From positions 1-56,661 of IMG/VR virus record IMGVR_UViG_3300025131_000044: a stretch of 56,661 bases of DNA. One strand, written 5' to 3'. The stretch is from a virus (Duplodnaviria; Caudoviricetes). Shown here piece after piece: positions 56,523 to 56,661 of this stretch (positions are counted from its first letter, which is position 1; each line of letters starts with the position of its first letter). Both the position numbers and the translations under genes were made by a program. The notes under the pieces were generated by a model that made no database searches, had not been told where the DNA came from, and saw only the letters and a list, made by a program, of their open reading frames with translations.

Positions 56523-56661
56523 AATTCTTCTATCCGTTTAGCTCTGTCATCTATTATTAAATCATATAATGGTTTTTCACCAACACTCACATAATGATAT
56601 TTACAACCCCACTCATCTAATTGTTTTGTTGTCATTTCTGAATAATCTTCTCCCGACAGAG
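56519..56661 (-). CDS. C-terminal part of a HAD-type capsule-biosynthesis phosphatase (partial)
   Basis: ...EMTTKQLDEWGCKYHYVSVGEKPLYDLIIDDRAKRIEEL*. Confidence 0.7.
   Translation of the reverse strand, partial: LSGEDYSEMTTKQLDEWGCKYHYVSVGEKPLYDLIIDDRAKRIEEL

Noticed and set aside
1-56661. Stop-codon reassignment as in some jumbo phages
   Set aside because: Recognisable genes are full length in the standard code, and TAA, TAG and TGA all end genes at sensible positions

Overview
AT-rich fragment of a large, T4-related-style tailed bacteriophage (contractile-tail myovirus, probably a jumbo phage). Almost everything is coded on the minus strand in the standard genetic code. (i) 1-13.3 kb: virion/baseplate block with a >1390-aa lamin-tail-domain protein running off the left edge (missing from the supplied ORF track), gp6-, gp25- and gp5-like proteins and a gp55-like sigma factor. 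(ii) 13.5-46 kb: accessory region with PhoH, a porin, a compact tmRNA, peptide deformylase, Hsp20, a trypsin-like protease, a CobT-like VWA protein and a MoxR/CobS-like AAA+ ATPase, a RimK-like ligase, an Smr protein, a ParB-domain protein, a CCA-adding-enzyme-family nucleotidyltransferase, a cold-shock protein, HNH proteins and many small ORFs. (iii) 46 kb-end: glycosylation/nucleotide-sugar cluster. Non-coding signals read directly from the sequence are 11 near-identical sigma70-type early promoters, a recurring TATTTATA motif before probable late genes, TGTAACA direct repeats shared by the AAA+, VWA and ParB genes, and several orphan structured-RNA candidates, one of which shows a perfect anti-Shine-Dalgarno/anti-AUG loop. 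All family calls come from motif recognition by eye; no database search or folding program was run.
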